Source: an uncultured delta proteobacterium (GTDB lineage Bacteria > Desulfobacterota > Binatia > UBA9968). From it: a stretch of 64,000 bases of DNA. The stretch covers positions 96,001 to 160,000 of the forward strand of contig CAVTUQ010000034.1 in the NCBI GenBank assembly GCA_963737905.1, written 5' to 3'. The position numbers and the translations under genes were made by a program. A model generated the notes under the pieces. It saw nothing but the letters and a program-made list of their open reading frames with translations, was not told the origin of the DNA and made no database searches. How positions within the stretch are numbered: position 1 is the stretch's first letter; each line of letters starts with the position of its first letter. Below, piece after piece: positions 62,212 to 64,000 of this stretch.

Positions 62212-62392
62212 GAGACCGAGGAGCGAGCCTCTCCGGTTGCGGACAATAGGCCTTTACCTTGAGGCGGCCTGCAAACTTGGGTGGTGGAGCACTCGGCAGG
62301 GAGAGACGCAAACTTATAGCCAAGCACCTCAGAAGTCGGCGCATCTTCACGCTTCTGGTGCCCGCGCCCTTCGAGGCTCGCTCCTCGGTCTC
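62212..62392. repeat. REPIN/MITE-like element with 20-bp perfect inverted repeats
   Basis: gagaccgaggagcgagcctc (62212-62231) and gaggctcgctcctcggtctc (62373-62392). Confidence 0.72.
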
Positions 62393-62412
62393 TTCGTGGT
62401 GATCAATCCAGC

Positions 62413-63627
62413 TTAGTTCTCGATGTTCCTTAGACTGCGAGCGAATTTGGCCACCAATAACACTGCCACCGAGCCCAGACCGCCGCCCAAGAATAACGCG
62501 CCGGGAATTCCAAGGAAGGTCGCCGCGGTACCCATCTGGGCGTGGCCCAGATAGGTACCGGCAGACATGAAAACTTGGTCGAAGCTCTTTACCCGGCCGC
62601 GCATCCGGTCCGGGGTGATCAGCTGCACCAAAGTGTCCCGCAATGTTTCACCGATGGCGTCCACGAGCCCCAAGAAAAAAACAATCACAAGAGATAGAGC
62701 CAAAGACCCCGATAAGGCAAAGCTTATAAGGCCAACCGTATAAAGCAGGGTGACCCAGATGATGAGTTTGCCCTTGTGTTTTGGATTTCCCATGACCATG
62801 ACAATTCCCGAACCCACTAAAGCGCCGAAGGCGGGAACGCCCAGCAGAGCGCCCAGGCCTGCGGGGCCCGTGCCGAGAATATCGCGGGCGATGGCCGGCA
62901 TCATCGATCGATAGGCGCCGAAAAAGTTGACGCAAGTATCCATGCTCATCAATCCCAAAATCGCGGAATTCTCGCGAATGAAATTGAAGCCACTGCGCAC
63001 GCTCTGAAGAGGTGATTCCCTTTTTTCCGCAGCCGGGCTCGGGCGCGCGCGCATAAAGGCGAGGCAAATGATTACGCTGAAGAAACTCAAGCCATCGATG
63101 AAATAGGATGTACTGAGCCCGAACGCGGCGATGACGATCCCGCCCAAGAAGGGACCTGCCAGGGTAGCGATTTGACGCCAGGTGATGTTCAAAGCGTAAG
63201 CGGAGGCCAGCTGCTCGCTGGAAACCAACAGAGGAATCAACGCCGTTCTCGCGGGAGCATCAAAAATACCAACCGCTCCGGATAAGAAGGTGACGGCGTA
63301 AATATGCCAGACGCGGATCTGTCCCGTGGATGTTAAAAGACCTAGGATAAGGGCGAGGAGCGCCGCCAAGCTCTGAGTTAGGATCAGCAACCGGCGCCGA
63401 TCCATTCGATCCGCCACAACACCGCCGGGTATAGAAAAAATCATGACCGGAAGCGCGCGGAAAAGTCCCGTCAACCCCAACTGGAACGGCGAGTCGGTAA
63501 TCTCATAGACTTGCCAGGCAACAGCGACAGTGGAAATTTGGCTCCCTACCGCGGAGAAGAGGAGGCTAATCCAAAAAAGGCCAAAGTCTCTCTGGGCGAG
63601 GACTTGCCAAGGGGTAACTTGTCGCAT
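62413..63627 (-). CDS. MFS transporter (MFS_3/EntS-like)
   Basis: VAWQVYEITDS..LGLTGL, GGVVADRMDRR and about 12 TM segments. Confidence 0.9.
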   Translation of the reverse strand: MRQVTPWQVLAQRDFGLFWISLLFSAVGSQISTVAVAWQVYEITDSPFQLGLTGLFRALPVMIFSIPGGVVADRMDRRRLLILTQSLAALLALILGLLTSTGQIRVWHIYAVTFLSGAVGIFDAPARTALIPLLVSSEQLASAYALNITWRQIATLAGPFLGGIVIAAFGLSTSYFIDGLSFFSVIICLAFMRARPSPAAEKRESPLQSVRSGFNFIRENSAILGLMSMDTCVNFFGAYRSMMPAIARDILGTGPAGLGALLGVPAFGALVGSGIVMVMGNPKHKGKLIIWVTLLYTVGLISFALSGSLALSLVIVFFLGLVDAIGETLRDTLVQLITPDRMRGRVKSFDQVFMSAGTYLGHAQMGTAATFLGIPGALFLGGGLGSVAVLLVAKFARSLRNIEN

Positions 63628-63706
63628 GATGCCGCTGGGAGCAGGCTTGCTGGCTTACGGGATCCCCAAAATTAACTACCACGATTTCCAAGATCGCGCA
63701 GCACGA

Positions 63707-64000
63707 TTACTTGATGGCGCCCATGGTGAAGCCGGCGATAAAGCGATCTACGAAGAAGTTGTAGAGGATGGCGATGGGGACACTGGCGATAAAGCAACCG
63801 GCCATGAGAGATCCCCAGAAGTATACATCACCGTGAACCAGGAAAGTGGGTACGCCCACGCCGACAGTCATGTTTCGAACCGACGAAATAAAGGTCACAG
63901 CGTAGACGAACTCTTGCATGACTAGGGTGAAGCTGAAGATCGCAACTGTCAGTATCCCGGCGAAGGAGATAGGAACAACCACACGGAAGAAGGCACCGAG
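63707..64000 (-). CDS. Carbohydrate ABC permease (MalG-like), C-terminal part
   Basis: AIFSFTL..QEFVYA, WGSLMAG and FIAGFTMGAIK. The 5' end lies outside the window. Confidence 0.85.
   Translation of the reverse strand, partial: LGAFFRVVVPISFAGILTVAIFSFTLVMQEFVYAVTFISSVRNMTVGVGVPTFLVHGDVYFWGSLMAGCFIASVPIAILYNFFVDRFIAGFTMGAIK

Overview
Gene-dense, moderately GC-rich bacterial DNA. The gene mix (SsuA/NMT1 and TctC binding proteins, amidohydrolase, ornithine cyclodeaminase and acyl-CoA enzymes) resembles Candidatus Binatia / deltaproteobacterial MAGs; this is inference only. I found no rRNA, tRNA, CRISPR array, integrase or transposase. Many genes are broken by single-base indels (mainly 14.9-22.1, 24.6-25.4 and 33.8-39 kb), most likely uncorrected long-read errors. 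Layout: two tandem ExeA-like AAA ATPases (one with a BON domain), then an MFS transporter, a hydrolase and a binding protein. A ~24 kb envelope/metal-stress block (5.9-29.8 kb) follows, with two paralogous secreted beta-propeller proteins, a CusRS/CopRS-like two-component system, PAP2, a NarXL-like pair, RND-MFP-TolC, FetAB, a haem-binding protein with a putative outer-membrane barrel, a stand-alone cis-prenyltransferase and a GT9-ICMT/PEMT fusion. Five intergenic copies of an ATTACA-N4-TGAAAG-like box with 11-bp-phased flanking half-sites link this block, and this candidate regulon is the main discovery. The rest holds an ECF/anti-sigma/periplasmic-sensor module with duplicated promoters ahead of MacAB-TolC, an itaconate/methylsuccinate-type catabolic trio, an acyl-CoA catabolic operon with an HMG-CoA-lyase-like enzyme, and several REP/MITE-like inverted repeats.
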